NCBI GenBank assembly: GCA_019118325.1
Contig: DWZE01000089.1
Span: forward strand, 1,197-65,196
Direction: 5' to 3'
Length of the DNA: 64,000 bases
Origin: Candidatus Bacteroides intestinavium
Lineage (GTDB): Bacteria > Bacteroidota > Bacteroidia > Bacteroidales > Bacteroidaceae
A program made the translations under genes and the position numbers. The first letter of the stretch is position 1; each line of letters starts with the position of its first letter. This document shows, in pieces, positions 18,778 to 28,191 of this stretch. The notes under the pieces were generated by a model. The model saw only the letters and a program-made list of their open reading frames with translations, was not told where the DNA came from and did no database searches.

Positions 18778-20835
18778 TTAAACTTTTGTTTTCAGTAATT
18801 CTTCCAGTCGCAGGACCTCATCGCGCCATTGGGCAGCTTCGATGAAGTTTAGTTTGCGAGCGGCCTCTTGCATCAGTTTGCGGGTGCGTGCGATGCTTTT
18901 TTCCAGTTGTTCGCGGTTCATGTATTGCATGATGGGATCTGCTGCCACTTGGGCGGTCGAGTCCTGCTCCACGTAAGGGCGTGGCACTTTCTCTGTGGCT
19001 GGCGAAGTGCCTTTGGCAGTTTCCTGAACCGGCGCGACTTGGGCAAACGGACTGATGCCCTTGCCTTTTTCGATGGGGCGGGGGGTGATATGATGCTCGT
19101 CATTGTAGCGCAACTGCTTCTCACGCCGGCGGTTGGTCTCCTCGATAGTCTGACGCATGCTTTCTGTGATGCGGTCCGCATACATAATGACACGTCCGTT
19201 TACGTTACGGGCTGCACGACCGGCTGTCTGCGTCAGAGAACGGTGTGAGCGCAGGAAACCTTCCTTGTCCGCATCCAATATGGCCACGAGGGATACTTCC
19301 GGGAGGTCCAATCCCTCACGAAGCAGGTTGACGCCTACCAACACATCATAGTTTCCCTCGCGCAGGTCGGCCATGATTTGTATCCGTTCCATGGTTTCTA
19401 CATCGCTATGGATATAATTGCACTTCACGTTGTTATTCAGCAGGTATTCGGTCAGTTCTTCAGCCATGCGTTTGGTCAGGGTCGTCACGAGGGTACGTTC
19501 ACCCCGCTCGATGCGCAACTGTATTTCCTCCATCAGGTCGTCTATCTGATTCAGACTGGGTCGTACCTCGATAACGGGGTCCAACAGACCTGTAGGGCGG
19601 ATGACCTGCTCGACGATGATACCCTCGGATTTCTTTAACTCATAATCCGCAGGAGTGGCGCTCACGTAGATGACCTGCTTCACCATTTGCTCGAACTCCT
19701 CGAACTTAAGGGGGCGGTTGTCAAAGGCTGCGGGCAGGCGGAATCCATAATCCACGAGGTTGGCCTTGCGGGCGCGGTCGCCTCCATACATGGCCCGGAT
19801 CTGGGGAATGCTGACGTGACTTTCGTCTATGATAGTCAGGAAATCGTCGGGAAAGAAATCCAGCAGGCAATAAGGACGTGTGCCTGGGGCGCGGTTGTCG
19901 AAATAGCGCGAATAGTTCTCAATGCCCGCGCAATGTCCCAATTCGCGCAGCATTTCCATGTCATAAGTCACCCGCTCCTGCAGGCGTTTGGCTTCCAGCA
20001 TCTGTCCTTGCTGCTCGAACCATTCCACCCGCTCCCGGAGGTCGTCTTCTATCTGATGGATGGCGTGCAGGGTGCTTTCCTTGGTGGTCATGAAAAGGTT
20101 GGCGGGATATATCTTATACTCCTCCACTTGCGAGGTGGTCACACCTGTTATCGGGTCTACCTCTTCGATAGAGTCCACCTCGTCTCCCCAAAATATGACC
20201 CGCAGGACAGTGTCGGCATAGGCCAGCCAGATATCCACGGTGTCACCCTTTACGCGGAAACAACCCCGGTTCAGCTCCACGTCATTGCGAACATACAGGC
20301 TTTCCACCAGATGCCTTAGAAAGACGTTGCGGACAAGGCTCTTTCCCCGCTTCACCTCGATGACATTATTATAGAAGTCCGAAGGATTGCCCATACCATA
20401 GATACACGACACGGAAGAAACCACCACCACATCATTCCGTCCGGACAACAAGGCCGATAGGGCCGCCAGCCGAAGCTTGTCTATCTCGTCGTTGATGGCC
20501 AGGTCTTTCTCGATGTAGGTATCCGTGGAGGGCAGGTAGGCTTCCGGCTGATAGTAATCATAATAGGAAACATAATATTCCACGGCATTGTGCGGAAAGA
20601 ACCCCTTGAACTCGCTGTAGAGTTGGGCAGCCAAAGTCTTGTTGTGGCTCAGGATGAGTGTGGGTTTGTTGAGATTGGCCACCACGTTGGCCATGGTGAA
20701 AGTCTTTCCGGAGCCGGTCACACCCAACAGAGTCTGTGCGGGTATTCCTTCACGAAGTCCTTCTGTCAGTTGGGCAATGGCTTCAGGCTGGTCGCCAGTA
20801 GGCTTATAATCAGAGGTCAATTCAAACTTATTCAT
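18778..20835 (-). CDS. uvrB: Excinuclease ABC subunit B
   Basis: PTGDQPEAI, GVTGSGKT, YYDYYQPEAY, DESH, C-terminal UVR motif. Confidence 0.97.
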   Translation of the reverse strand: MNKFELTSDYKPTGDQPEAIAQLTEGLREGIPAQTLLGVTGSGKTFTMANVVANLNKPTLILSHNKTLAAQLYSEFKGFFPHNAVEYYVSYYDYYQPEAYLPSTDTYIEKDLAINDEIDKLRLAALSALLSGRNDVVVVSSVSCIYGMGNPSDFYNNVIEVKRGKSLVRNVFLRHLVESLYVRNDVELNRGCFRVKGDTVDIWLAYADTVLRVIFWGDEVDSIEEVDPITGVTTSQVEEYKIYPANLFMTTKESTLHAIHQIEDDLRERVEWFEQQGQMLEAKRLQERVTYDMEMLRELGHCAGIENYSRYFDNRAPGTRPYCLLDFFPDDFLTIIDESHVSIPQIRAMYGGDRARKANLVDYGFRLPAAFDNRPLKFEEFEQMVKQVIYVSATPADYELKKSEGIIVEQVIRPTGLLDPVIEVRPSLNQIDDLMEEIQLRIERGERTLVTTLTKRMAEELTEYLLNNNVKCNYIHSDVETMERIQIMADLREGNYDVLVGVNLLREGLDLPEVSLVAILDADKEGFLRSHRSLTQTAGRAARNVNGRVIMYADRITESMRQTIEETNRRREKQLRYNDEHHITPRPIEKGKGISPFAQVAPVQETAKGTSPATEKVPRPYVEQDSTAQVAADPIMQYMNREQLEKSIARTRKLMQEAARKLNFIEAAQWRDEVLRLEELLKTKV

Positions 20836-20949
20836 AAATTCACGTAAAACCACGGCAATATTCGGCAAAATCTTTGATATAAACAAAAAAATCACTTACT
20901 TTGCGGTGATACTTTTATTATAAACCCATTTATCAATACAACGAAAGAC

Positions 20950-22251
20950 ATGATTTGGAATGAAAGCATTGAGTGCATGGATCGCGAAAGTCTTCGTAAG
21001 ATTCAGAGCATCCGCCTCAAGAAGACCGTGGAGCGTGTCTATCACGACACACCTTTCTATCGGAAGAAGATGCAAGAGCTGGGAATCACTCCGGATGACA
21101 TCAACAGTATCGATGACATCGTCAAACTTCCCTTTACCACTAAATATGACTTGCGAGACAATTATCCGTTTGGCCTTTGTGCCGTGCCGATGAGCCAGAT
21201 TGTCCGTATCCATGCCTCGTCCGGGACAACGGGCAAGCCTACCGTGGTGGGGTATACCCGTAAGGACCTTTCGGTATGGGCCGAGTGCCTTTCGCGTGCC
21301 TTCACTGCCTACGGTGCGGGCAAGACAGACATTTTCCAGGTGTCTTACGGTTATGGCTTGTTTACCGGAGGCCTGGGTGCCCATGCCGGAGCTGAGAATA
21401 TCGGCGCTTCAGTCATCCCCATGTCCAGCGGAAATACGGCCAAACAAATCACCTTGATGCACGACTTCGGGGCCACTGTGTTGTGCTGTACGCCTTCCTA
21501 TGCGCTCTATCTGGCCGATGCCATTGCAGATTCCGGACTTCCACGTGACGAATTCAAATTGAAAATCGGTGCCTTCGGAGCGGAACCTTGGACGGAGAGC
21601 ATGCGTCGTGACCTCGAATCCAAACTGGGCATCAAGGCTTACGACATCTATGGATTGAGTGAGGTGGCCGGTCCCGGCGTAGGCTACGAATGTGAGTGTC
21701 AGCATGGCACCCATCTGAATGAGGACCATTATTTCCCTGAAATCGTGGATCCTGTTACCTTAGAACCGGTGGCACCGGGCGAGACGGGCGAATTGGTATT
21801 CACCCACCTGACCAAGGAAGGCATGCCCTTGTTGCGTTATCGCACCAAGGACCTGACAGCCTTGCATTATGACCAATGTCCCTGCGGCCGCACCTTGGTA
21901 CGCATGGACCGCATATTGGGCCGAAGCGATGACATGCTCATCATCCGTGGTGTCAACGTATTCCCCACTCAGATAGAATCCGTCATCTTGGAAATGCCCG
22001 AGTTCGAACCCCATTATCTTCTCTTGGTAGACCGTGTGAACAATACGGACACGATGGAGCTGCAGGTGGAAGTCCGGCCGGAATATTACTCGGATGAAAT
22101 CAACAAGATGCTGGCCATGAAGGCCAGACTCACTGCCCGACTGCAAAGTGTGCTGGGTCTTAGCGTCAATGTCCGCCTGGTTGAGCCCCGCACCATTGAG
22201 CGCAGCACAGGCAAGGCTAAACGCGTCATTGATAACCGTAAACTGAAATAA
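20950..22251 (+). CDS. paaK: Phenylacetate-CoA ligase family
   Basis: HASSGTTGKP, YGLFTGGLG, YGLSE, GRSDDMLIIRGVNVFP. Confidence 0.9.
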   Translation: MIWNESIECMDRESLRKIQSIRLKKTVERVYHDTPFYRKKMQELGITPDDINSIDDIVKLPFTTKYDLRDNYPFGLCAVPMSQIVRIHASSGTTGKPTVVGYTRKDLSVWAECLSRAFTAYGAGKTDIFQVSYGYGLFTGGLGAHAGAENIGASVIPMSSGNTAKQITLMHDFGATVLCCTPSYALYLADAIADSGLPRDEFKLKIGAFGAEPWTESMRRDLESKLGIKAYDIYGLSEVAGPGVGYECECQHGTHLNEDHYFPEIVDPVTLEPVAPGETGELVFTHLTKEGMPLLRYRTKDLTALHYDQCPCGRTLVRMDRILGRSDDMLIIRGVNVFPTQIESVILEMPEFEPHYLLLVDRVNNTDTMELQVEVRPEYYSDEINKMLAMKARLTARLQSVLGLSVNVRLVEPRTIERSTGKAKRVIDNRKLK

Positions 22252-22255
22252 TAGT

Positions 22256-22681
22256 ATGGTAGCGAAACAACTTTCTATTTTCCTGGAGAACAAGTCCGGC
22301 CGCCTCACGGAGGTGACCGAAGTGCTGGCCGAAGAAGGCATCAACCTCTCGGCGCTCAGCATCGCGGAGAATGCGGATTTCGGCATTCTCCGGGGCATTG
22401 TATCCGAACCCGACAAAGCCTATCAGGCCTTGAAGGACAGGCATTTTGCCGTAAATGTCACCGATGTGATAGGCATCAGTTGTCCCAATGTACCCGGAGC
22501 ATTGGCTCGGGTGCTCCGTTTCCTGTCGGATGAAGGGGTATTCATTGAATATATGTATTCCTTTGCCAACGGAGAAACCGCTAACGTCATCATCCGCCCC
22601 AACAATATGGACGAATGCATCCGCATCCTGACCGAAAAGAAGGTGGACCTGCTGGCAGCAAGCGATTTGTACAAATTGTAG
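22256..22681 (+). CDS. ACT domain protein
   Basis: QLSIFLENKSGRL. This is the usual paaK neighbour. Confidence 0.9.
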   Translation: MVAKQLSIFLENKSGRLTEVTEVLAEEGINLSALSIAENADFGILRGIVSEPDKAYQALKDRHFAVNVTDVIGISCPNVPGALARVLRFLSDEGVFIEYMYSFANGETANVIIRPNNMDECIRILTEKKVDLLAASDLYKL

Positions 22682-22695
22682 TTTTTGAAAAATTA

Positions 22696-22738
22696 AGGTT
22701 CGCATCGTTGGCTAATTCGATGCGAACCTCTATCTTTG
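22696..22738 (+). promoter_or_regulatory. 12 bp-stem hairpin abutting the bamD -7 promoter box
   Basis: AGGTTCGCATCG/CGATGCGAACCT inverted repeat at 22696-22729, then TATCTTTG at 22731-22738. Confidence 0.6.
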
Positions 22739-22759
22739 CACAATATTTGTGTGAATGTG

Positions 22760-23581
22760 ATGAAAAGAAACATACTTATAGGCGCTCTCGCCGCTTGTAT
22801 GCTCTCTTCGTGTGGAGAATACAACAAGCTTTTGAAAAGCAGCGATTATGAATACAAATACGAAGCGGCAAAAGCCAGTTTCGCTAAAGGTCAGTACAAT
22901 CGCTCCATCACTTTGTTGAACGAGTTGATAACCATCCTCAAAGGAACTCCTAATGCGGAGGAATCCTTGTATATGTTAGCCATGAGCTACTATAATATGG
23001 AGGATTATCAGACAGCCGCCCAGACTTTCATTCAGTATTATAATGTCTATCCCCGCGGCGTTTATACCGAACTTGCCCGTTTTTATGCAGGTAAGGCTTT
23101 GTTTTTAGATACCCCTGAACCACGCCTTGACCAATCGGGAACGTACAGTGCCATTCAGCAATTGCAGATGTTCCTGGAATATTTCCCCGAAAGTTCTCGC
23201 AGGGAGGAAGCCCAGAATATGGTGTTTGCCTTGCAGGACAAGCTGGTGATGAAGGAATATCTTTCTGCAAAGTTGTACTACAACCTGGGCAATTATCTGG
23301 GAAATAACTATCAGGCTTGTGTAATAACTGCTCAGAATGCCCTGAAGGATTATCCTTATACTAATCTGCGGGAAGACTTGTCCATCCTCATATTACAGGC
23401 AAAATATGAATTGGCCGTGTATAGCGTGGAGGAAAAAAAGGAAGAACGCTACCGGGAAGCCGTGGATGAGTATTATGCTTTCAAGAATGAATTCCCGGAA
23501 AGCAAGTACACGAAGGAAGCTGACCGTATTTTTAAGGAATCCCAAAAGGTCTTGAAAGACGAGCCTCAGACAATAGATTGA
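22760..23581 (+). CDS. bamD: Outer membrane protein assembly factor BamD
   Basis: Lipobox LSSC, TPR-like helices, PRLDQ motif, upstream of rpoZ as in Bacteroidetes. Confidence 0.92.
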   Translation: MKRNILIGALAACMLSSCGEYNKLLKSSDYEYKYEAAKASFAKGQYNRSITLLNELITILKGTPNAEESLYMLAMSYYNMEDYQTAAQTFIQYYNVYPRGVYTELARFYAGKALFLDTPEPRLDQSGTYSAIQQLQMFLEYFPESSRREEAQNMVFALQDKLVMKEYLSAKLYYNLGNYLGNNYQACVITAQNALKDYPYTNLREDLSILILQAKYELAVYSVEEKKEERYREAVDEYYAFKNEFPESKYTKEADRIFKESQKVLKDEPQTID

Positions 23582-23614
23582 TTATTAGAATTCTAAATAG
23601 AGATAAATTGACGT

Positions 23615-23950
23615 ATGGATTACAGAAAGACCAATGCTCCTACCACAACGGTAACTCGTGACATGATGGATTTGTGCAAGGATACCGGTAATGTTTATGA
23701 GACGGTAGCCATTATTGCAAAGCGTGCCAACCAGATTAGCGTTGAGATCAAGAACGACTTGTCCAAGAAATTGGCGGAATTTGCCTCTTACAATGACAAT
23801 TTGGAGGAAGTATTTGAGAATCGTGAGCAAATCGAGATTTCCCGTTACTATGAGAAATTGCCCAAGCCCACATTGATTGCCACGCAGGAATATATCGAAG
23901 GAAAGGTATATTATCGCAATCCTGCCAAGGAAAAAGAAAAACTGCAGTAA
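23615..23950 (+). CDS. rpoZ: RNA polymerase omega subunit
   Basis: GNVYETVAIIAKRANQI, ENREQIEISRYYEKLPKP. Confidence 0.92.
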   Translation: MDYRKTNAPTTTVTRDMMDLCKDTGNVYETVAIIAKRANQISVEIKNDLSKKLAEFASYNDNLEEVFENREQIEISRYYEKLPKPTLIATQEYIEGKVYYRNPAKEKEKLQ

Positions 23951-24408
23951 TGATACAACGCATCCAATCCGTTTATTTATTGCTGGCAACGATAGCTCTC
24001 GTTATTGCCCTATGTATGCCTGCGGGGTATTTTGTAGGCGGCAGTGAGGCGGAGGTATATCCGTTCAGACCGTTGGGAGTGATGTTGGCAGAGGGAAGCG
24101 TTCAGTCCACATGGGGACTGTTCGGCATATTGCTGTTGAGCGCCCTCATTGCATGCTGCACCATATTCTTGTTCCGTAACCGGCAATTGCAGATGAGAAT
24201 GACAGTCTTCAATGGTCTGTTGCTGATAGGATACTATGTGGCATTCAGCGTGTTTGTCTATGTATTGAAGGGGGAATCCTCCTTTACATTTCAGATAGGC
24301 TGGGCTTTGTGTTTGCCGTTGGCGTCCATCATCCTGAATTATCTGGCTTTCTGCGCTATCCGCAAGGACGATAAGATGGTGAGGGATGCATACAGATTAA
24401 GAAAATAA
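23950..24408 (+). CDS. DUF4293 membrane protein
   Basis: MIQRIQSVYLLL, FRNRQLQMR, AIRKDDKMVR. TAATG coupling to rpoZ. Confidence 0.88.
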   Translation: MIQRIQSVYLLLATIALVIALCMPAGYFVGGSEAEVYPFRPLGVMLAEGSVQSTWGLFGILLLSALIACCTIFLFRNRQLQMRMTVFNGLLLIGYYVAFSVFVYVLKGESSFTFQIGWALCLPLASIILNYLAFCAIRKDDKMVRDAYRLRK

Positions 24409-24418
24409 GGCTGCCCTT

Positions 24419-24490
24419 AAAAAGGGACTTGGCTTTGACAAAGAGGCACTTTAGCTTCCTGAAGAGGGACTTTAGCGTTCCAAAGAGGGA
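24419..24490. repeat. Degenerate tandem array with 21 bp period (AAGAGGGACTTTAGC core)
   Basis: Units begin near 24419, 24440, 24461 and 24482. Confidence 0.65.
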
Positions 24491-24544
24491 TATAAAAAAC
24501 ACGCTGTTACCTGTGTCAATCGGGTAACAGCGTGTTTTTTATAT
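24490..24544. terminator. Bidirectional rho-independent terminator
   Basis: Perfect 22 bp stem ATATAAAAAACACGCTGTTACC / GGTAACAGCGTGTTTTTTATAT between convergent genes. Confidence 0.85.
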
Positions 24545-24580
24545 GAATATCCGCAGATTGCCTAAGCAGAGAGAGGCATC

Positions 24581-24670
24581 ATATAGGAGCAAGGATAAAT
24601 GACCAAGTATTATTGGATACTTGGCCATTTATCCTTGCTTCCATGTCGGTTGAAGCATAGCATACTTGCA
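24581..24670 (+). repeat. Dispersed palindromic element (GCAAGGATAAATG family), copy 1
   Basis: Internal hairpin GCAAGGATAAATG...CATTTATCCTTGC. Inverted copy at 55841-55930 and partial copy near 51866-51915. Confidence 0.85.
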
Positions 24671-24736
24671 AAAGCATCATTGGGGGAAAGGCGGACATTC
24701 TCATTTCCTTATGGCATCAATGCTTGTCTGGAAGTA

Positions 24737-26437
24737 TCAGGGAAGCATTATTTTCAGCAACTTTCCCCCATAGCCTCCTATGGAAATTTCTGAGGGACGG
24801 TAGGGAACAAAACTCAAGTTGGAAACTTCGCCAGTCAGCAGGTCGGTAGCTCTGCATTCCTCCATGGGAGGTATCTGCAGGCAGTCGAAAGCGTGCGAAG
24901 GCAGGTTGACGGCAATATCCACCGCTTGCGGGTCAAAGTTGACAGCACATAGCAGAACCTCCTTGCCCCACTTCCGCAAGAATACGTATTGACGATGTTC
25001 ATTGAAGCGCCAACCGTTGATATTGGCGTACATCAAGTCGAAGAAACTTCCTTGACGGATGGCAGCCTCCGTGTTGCACAAGGTGAGAATGCGGCGGTAA
25101 AGGGACTGCAGATTCTTCTCACCGTCTGTCAGCATACGTCCGTCGAACTTGCCGCCATCACGCCAGCGACGGATGGTGTCTACACTCCAATAGTCGAAGA
25201 TCGTGGTGCGTCCGTCACATCCGCTGAAACCTTCTGCATCCATGCCACGTTCGCCAAATTCCTGGCCGAAATATATCATCAGGGGATTGGTGTTCATGCA
25301 GGCGGAAACTATCAGTGCAGGCACAGCTTTCCATGGGTCACCGGCGAAGAAGTCGGAGGCTATGCGTTGTTCGTCGTGGTTCTCCAGGAAGTTGAGCATA
25401 TGGTCCTGAATGGTGTCCAGTTCCTGCCAGCGATAGGTGATGGCAGTCGCCGACTCCCGGCAGCAGACAATGGCGCGCAGCGTGTCGTACAGTCCCACCT
25501 TATCATACAGGTAGTCGAAGCGGCCCCGATAGAGATACTCCCGATACAGGCCGGGATTGTAGACCTCCGCAATGAACAGCAAGTCCGGATATTGTTCCTT
25601 GACTTGGGGGATGGCCCAGGCCCAGAATTCGACAGGTACCATTTCGGCCATATCGCACCGGAAGCCATCAATGCCCTTGGATGCCCAGAAGAGCAGGATG
25701 TCAAGCATCTTGTGCCAAGTGTCCGGGATGGGAGTGAAGTGGCACGTATGCCCGTTCACATAGTCCACGCCATAATTCAGCTTAACCGTTTCATACCAAT
25801 CGTTGATACCTGGACAGGCATCGAAGCGGTCATTGCCGGTAGCTTTGGCGGGGAACTCTTCGTAAGGTTCAGAAACAGTGTCTTGTTTGTTAAACTCGCC
25901 TTGTAGCGGTGTTCCCGGAATGTAATAGAAATTGTTGTCGGCATCGAATGCACAGTCTGTCCGGTCATGGGCGCCTAACTGAACGGTGCCTTCGGGTTGG
26001 GCATCAGAGTAATATTGCCGGGCTACATGATTGGGCACAAAGTCCATGATGAAGCCTAATCCGCTGCGATGAGTACGTTGAATCAGATTCTCGAACTCTT
26101 TCATACGCCCCGGCACATCTTTGGCAAGGTCCGGGTCTATGTCGTAATAATCCTTGATGGCGTAAGGAGATCCAGCCTTTCCCTTCACCACAGCCGGATG
26201 GTCGGGCCGGATATTGTAACGTCGGTAGTCGGTCTGAGTGGCATGTTCGATAAGTCCGGTGTACCAAATATGCGTGGCGCCCAGGTTTCGTATTTCTCCT
26301 AAGGCCTTGGCGGTGAAGTCAGCCATCTTGCCGCAACCGTTGGTACGCAAGTCGCCATGTGCTTCGCATCGGTTGTTGGCATTGCCAAACAGGCGGGTAA
26401 ATACTTGATAAATGATTATCTTTTTGTTAGCTTCCAT
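24737..26437 (-). CDS. Alpha-amylase family (GH13) glycoside hydrolase
   Basis: GSPYAIKDYY, DFVPNH, GFRCDMAE, IAEVY, FLENHDE. Confidence 0.93.
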   Translation of the reverse strand: MEANKKIIIYQVFTRLFGNANNRCEAHGDLRTNGCGKMADFTAKALGEIRNLGATHIWYTGLIEHATQTDYRRYNIRPDHPAVVKGKAGSPYAIKDYYDIDPDLAKDVPGRMKEFENLIQRTHRSGLGFIMDFVPNHVARQYYSDAQPEGTVQLGAHDRTDCAFDADNNFYYIPGTPLQGEFNKQDTVSEPYEEFPAKATGNDRFDACPGINDWYETVKLNYGVDYVNGHTCHFTPIPDTWHKMLDILLFWASKGIDGFRCDMAEMVPVEFWAWAIPQVKEQYPDLLFIAEVYNPGLYREYLYRGRFDYLYDKVGLYDTLRAIVCCRESATAITYRWQELDTIQDHMLNFLENHDEQRIASDFFAGDPWKAVPALIVSACMNTNPLMIYFGQEFGERGMDAEGFSGCDGRTTIFDYWSVDTIRRWRDGGKFDGRMLTDGEKNLQSLYRRILTLCNTEAAIRQGSFFDLMYANINGWRFNEHRQYVFLRKWGKEVLLCAVNFDPQAVDIAVNLPSHAFDCLQIPPMEECRATDLLTGEVSNLSFVPYRPSEISIGGYGGKLLKIMLP

Positions 26438-26531
26438 AATTGTGTACTGCATTAGGTGGTTTATATTCGTAAGGAACGCCCGTCGGCCTGTCCGGTGAGG
26501 AACTGACGGGGTTCGGAAAGAAAAGGCTTGT

Positions 26532-27041
26532 TTAAAGTCTGTTCAGGGCTTTCAGCACAGCATAGCCGCCGAACAGTTGCAACAACATACCGGGGATGCC
26601 CATGCGGAAATCTTGTGCAGCCAGCATGAAATCACCGCAAATGATCCACTCGCAGGCTGTACCAATGACCTGATAGGTCAGAATGGCTACCAACAGAGCA
26701 GCGAGGGATACCCGTTGTGTGCGATGTGCCACCCATGCAGCGGCACCGGCCAGCAAACCTGATTTCACCAGTATGGCAGGCAAGACCGCCAGGGCCGGCA
26801 TGCCGAACAACCAATGATTGAACAGCGGGGAAAGCAATGCTGTCAGCAGTCCCACACGCAAACCAAACTTGTAAGATGCTATTAAGGTGAAAAAATAGAT
26901 GGGCAGCCATGTCGGTCCGCCGGCAGGTACCAGGTGGAACAACTGGGGCAATGCGATGTTGCCTACAATGAACAGGAAAGCAAAGACATAGGTCTTCACG
27001 CTCCGGAAGGGCAGGGAATAAAGTCTTACTGATGCATTCAT
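26532..27041 (-). CDS. ECF transporter S-component-like membrane protein
   Basis: LPQLFHLVPAGGPTWLPIYFF...LSPL...GMP with about five TM segments. Confidence 0.75.
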   Translation of the reverse strand: MNASVRLYSLPFRSVKTYVFAFLFIVGNIALPQLFHLVPAGGPTWLPIYFFTLIASYKFGLRVGLLTALLSPLFNHWLFGMPALAVLPAILVKSGLLAGAAAWVAHRTQRVSLAALLVAILTYQVIGTACEWIICGDFMLAAQDFRMGIPGMLLQLFGGYAVLKALNRL

Positions 27042-27066
27042 ATTATTATCGTTTTTACAGGGATTG

Positions 27067-28191
27067 TCATACGTGAATGAGTTCATACTGCATCGTGCCG
27101 ATGCCTATTTTCTCAGCGTGGCGCAGTCCTGCCATCCAGTCCGTATCAGGATGTATCATATGGAACTTGTCACAGCCACACAAATTATCGTGCTGATGTT
27201 TAGCGCCCAATACATTGTCCGTATGCAGGATGGGAGCTTTCATGACTAAATCGGCACAAGCCATGTCCAAGGCAACGGGATCGGCAGAAGCCAGCATCCC
27301 CAAGTCGGGAACGATGGCGGCATCGTTATGGTTCCAGCAGTCGCATTCAGGAGATACATTCATGATGAAACTGATGTGGAAGTGGGGCTTGTCCTGCAGC
27401 ACGGCCTTTGTATATTCGGCAATTTTGTAATTAAGGCGTTCAGAAGTATCCCAATCGCTGATGACGGCGGCATCGTGTTGACATAAGGCCACACATTGTC
27501 CGCAACCGACGCACTTCGCATAATCAATCTCAGCCTTGCGTTGTTCGTTCAGATGAATGGCGTCATGGGCACAATGCTTGACACAGATGTTGCAGCCGAT
27601 GCAGTGTTCTTGTTGGATTTTAGGTTGCGAAGAAGCATGCAGTTCCAATTTGCCTCCCACGCTGGCACAACCCATGCCCAGGTTCTTCAGGGCACCTCCG
27701 AAACCTGCCTGCTCATGGCCCTTGAAGTGGTTCATGCTGATGATGACGTCAGCGTCGGCTATAGCGGTACCAATCTTGGGAGTGGGGCAATACGCTGCGC
27801 CTTCGATGGGGATCTCACGATAGTCCGTCCCTTTCAGCCCATCTCCAATAATCACCTGACATTGTGCGGAGATGGGGTTAAACCCGTTCTCCATGGCGCT
27901 TTGCAGGTGGTCAACGGCATTAGACCGACGACCCGAATAGAGCGTGTTGCAATCTGTCAGGAATGGCTTGGCGCCATAGGAACGCAACAGATTTGCCAGG
28001 CGGGCCGCATAGTTGGGGCGGATATAAGCCAGGTTGCCGGGCTCACCGAAATGTATCTTGATAGCGGCAAAGCTGTCCTGCAAAGGAAGTTTGCCAATGC
28101 CGGCACGCTTCAGCAGCCGCTCCATCTTGTCCAAAAGGTTGGACGTAGGAGAGGTGCGTAAATCCGAGAAATAAACTTTTGACTTTTCCAT
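27067..28191 (-). CDS. DUF362 domain protein with 2x[4Fe-4S] ferredoxin domain
   Basis: IKIHFGEPGN, HFKGHEQAGFGGALKNLGMG, two CxxCxxC motifs, SPECDC. Confidence 0.9.
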   Translation of the reverse strand: MEKSKVYFSDLRTSPTSNLLDKMERLLKRAGIGKLPLQDSFAAIKIHFGEPGNLAYIRPNYAARLANLLRSYGAKPFLTDCNTLYSGRRSNAVDHLQSAMENGFNPISAQCQVIIGDGLKGTDYREIPIEGAAYCPTPKIGTAIADADVIISMNHFKGHEQAGFGGALKNLGMGCASVGGKLELHASSQPKIQQEHCIGCNICVKHCAHDAIHLNEQRKAEIDYAKCVGCGQCVALCQHDAAVISDWDTSERLNYKIAEYTKAVLQDKPHFHISFIMNVSPECDCWNHNDAAIVPDLGMLASADPVALDMACADLVMKAPILHTDNVLGAKHQHDNLCGCDKFHMIHPDTDWMAGLRHAEKIGIGTMQYELIHV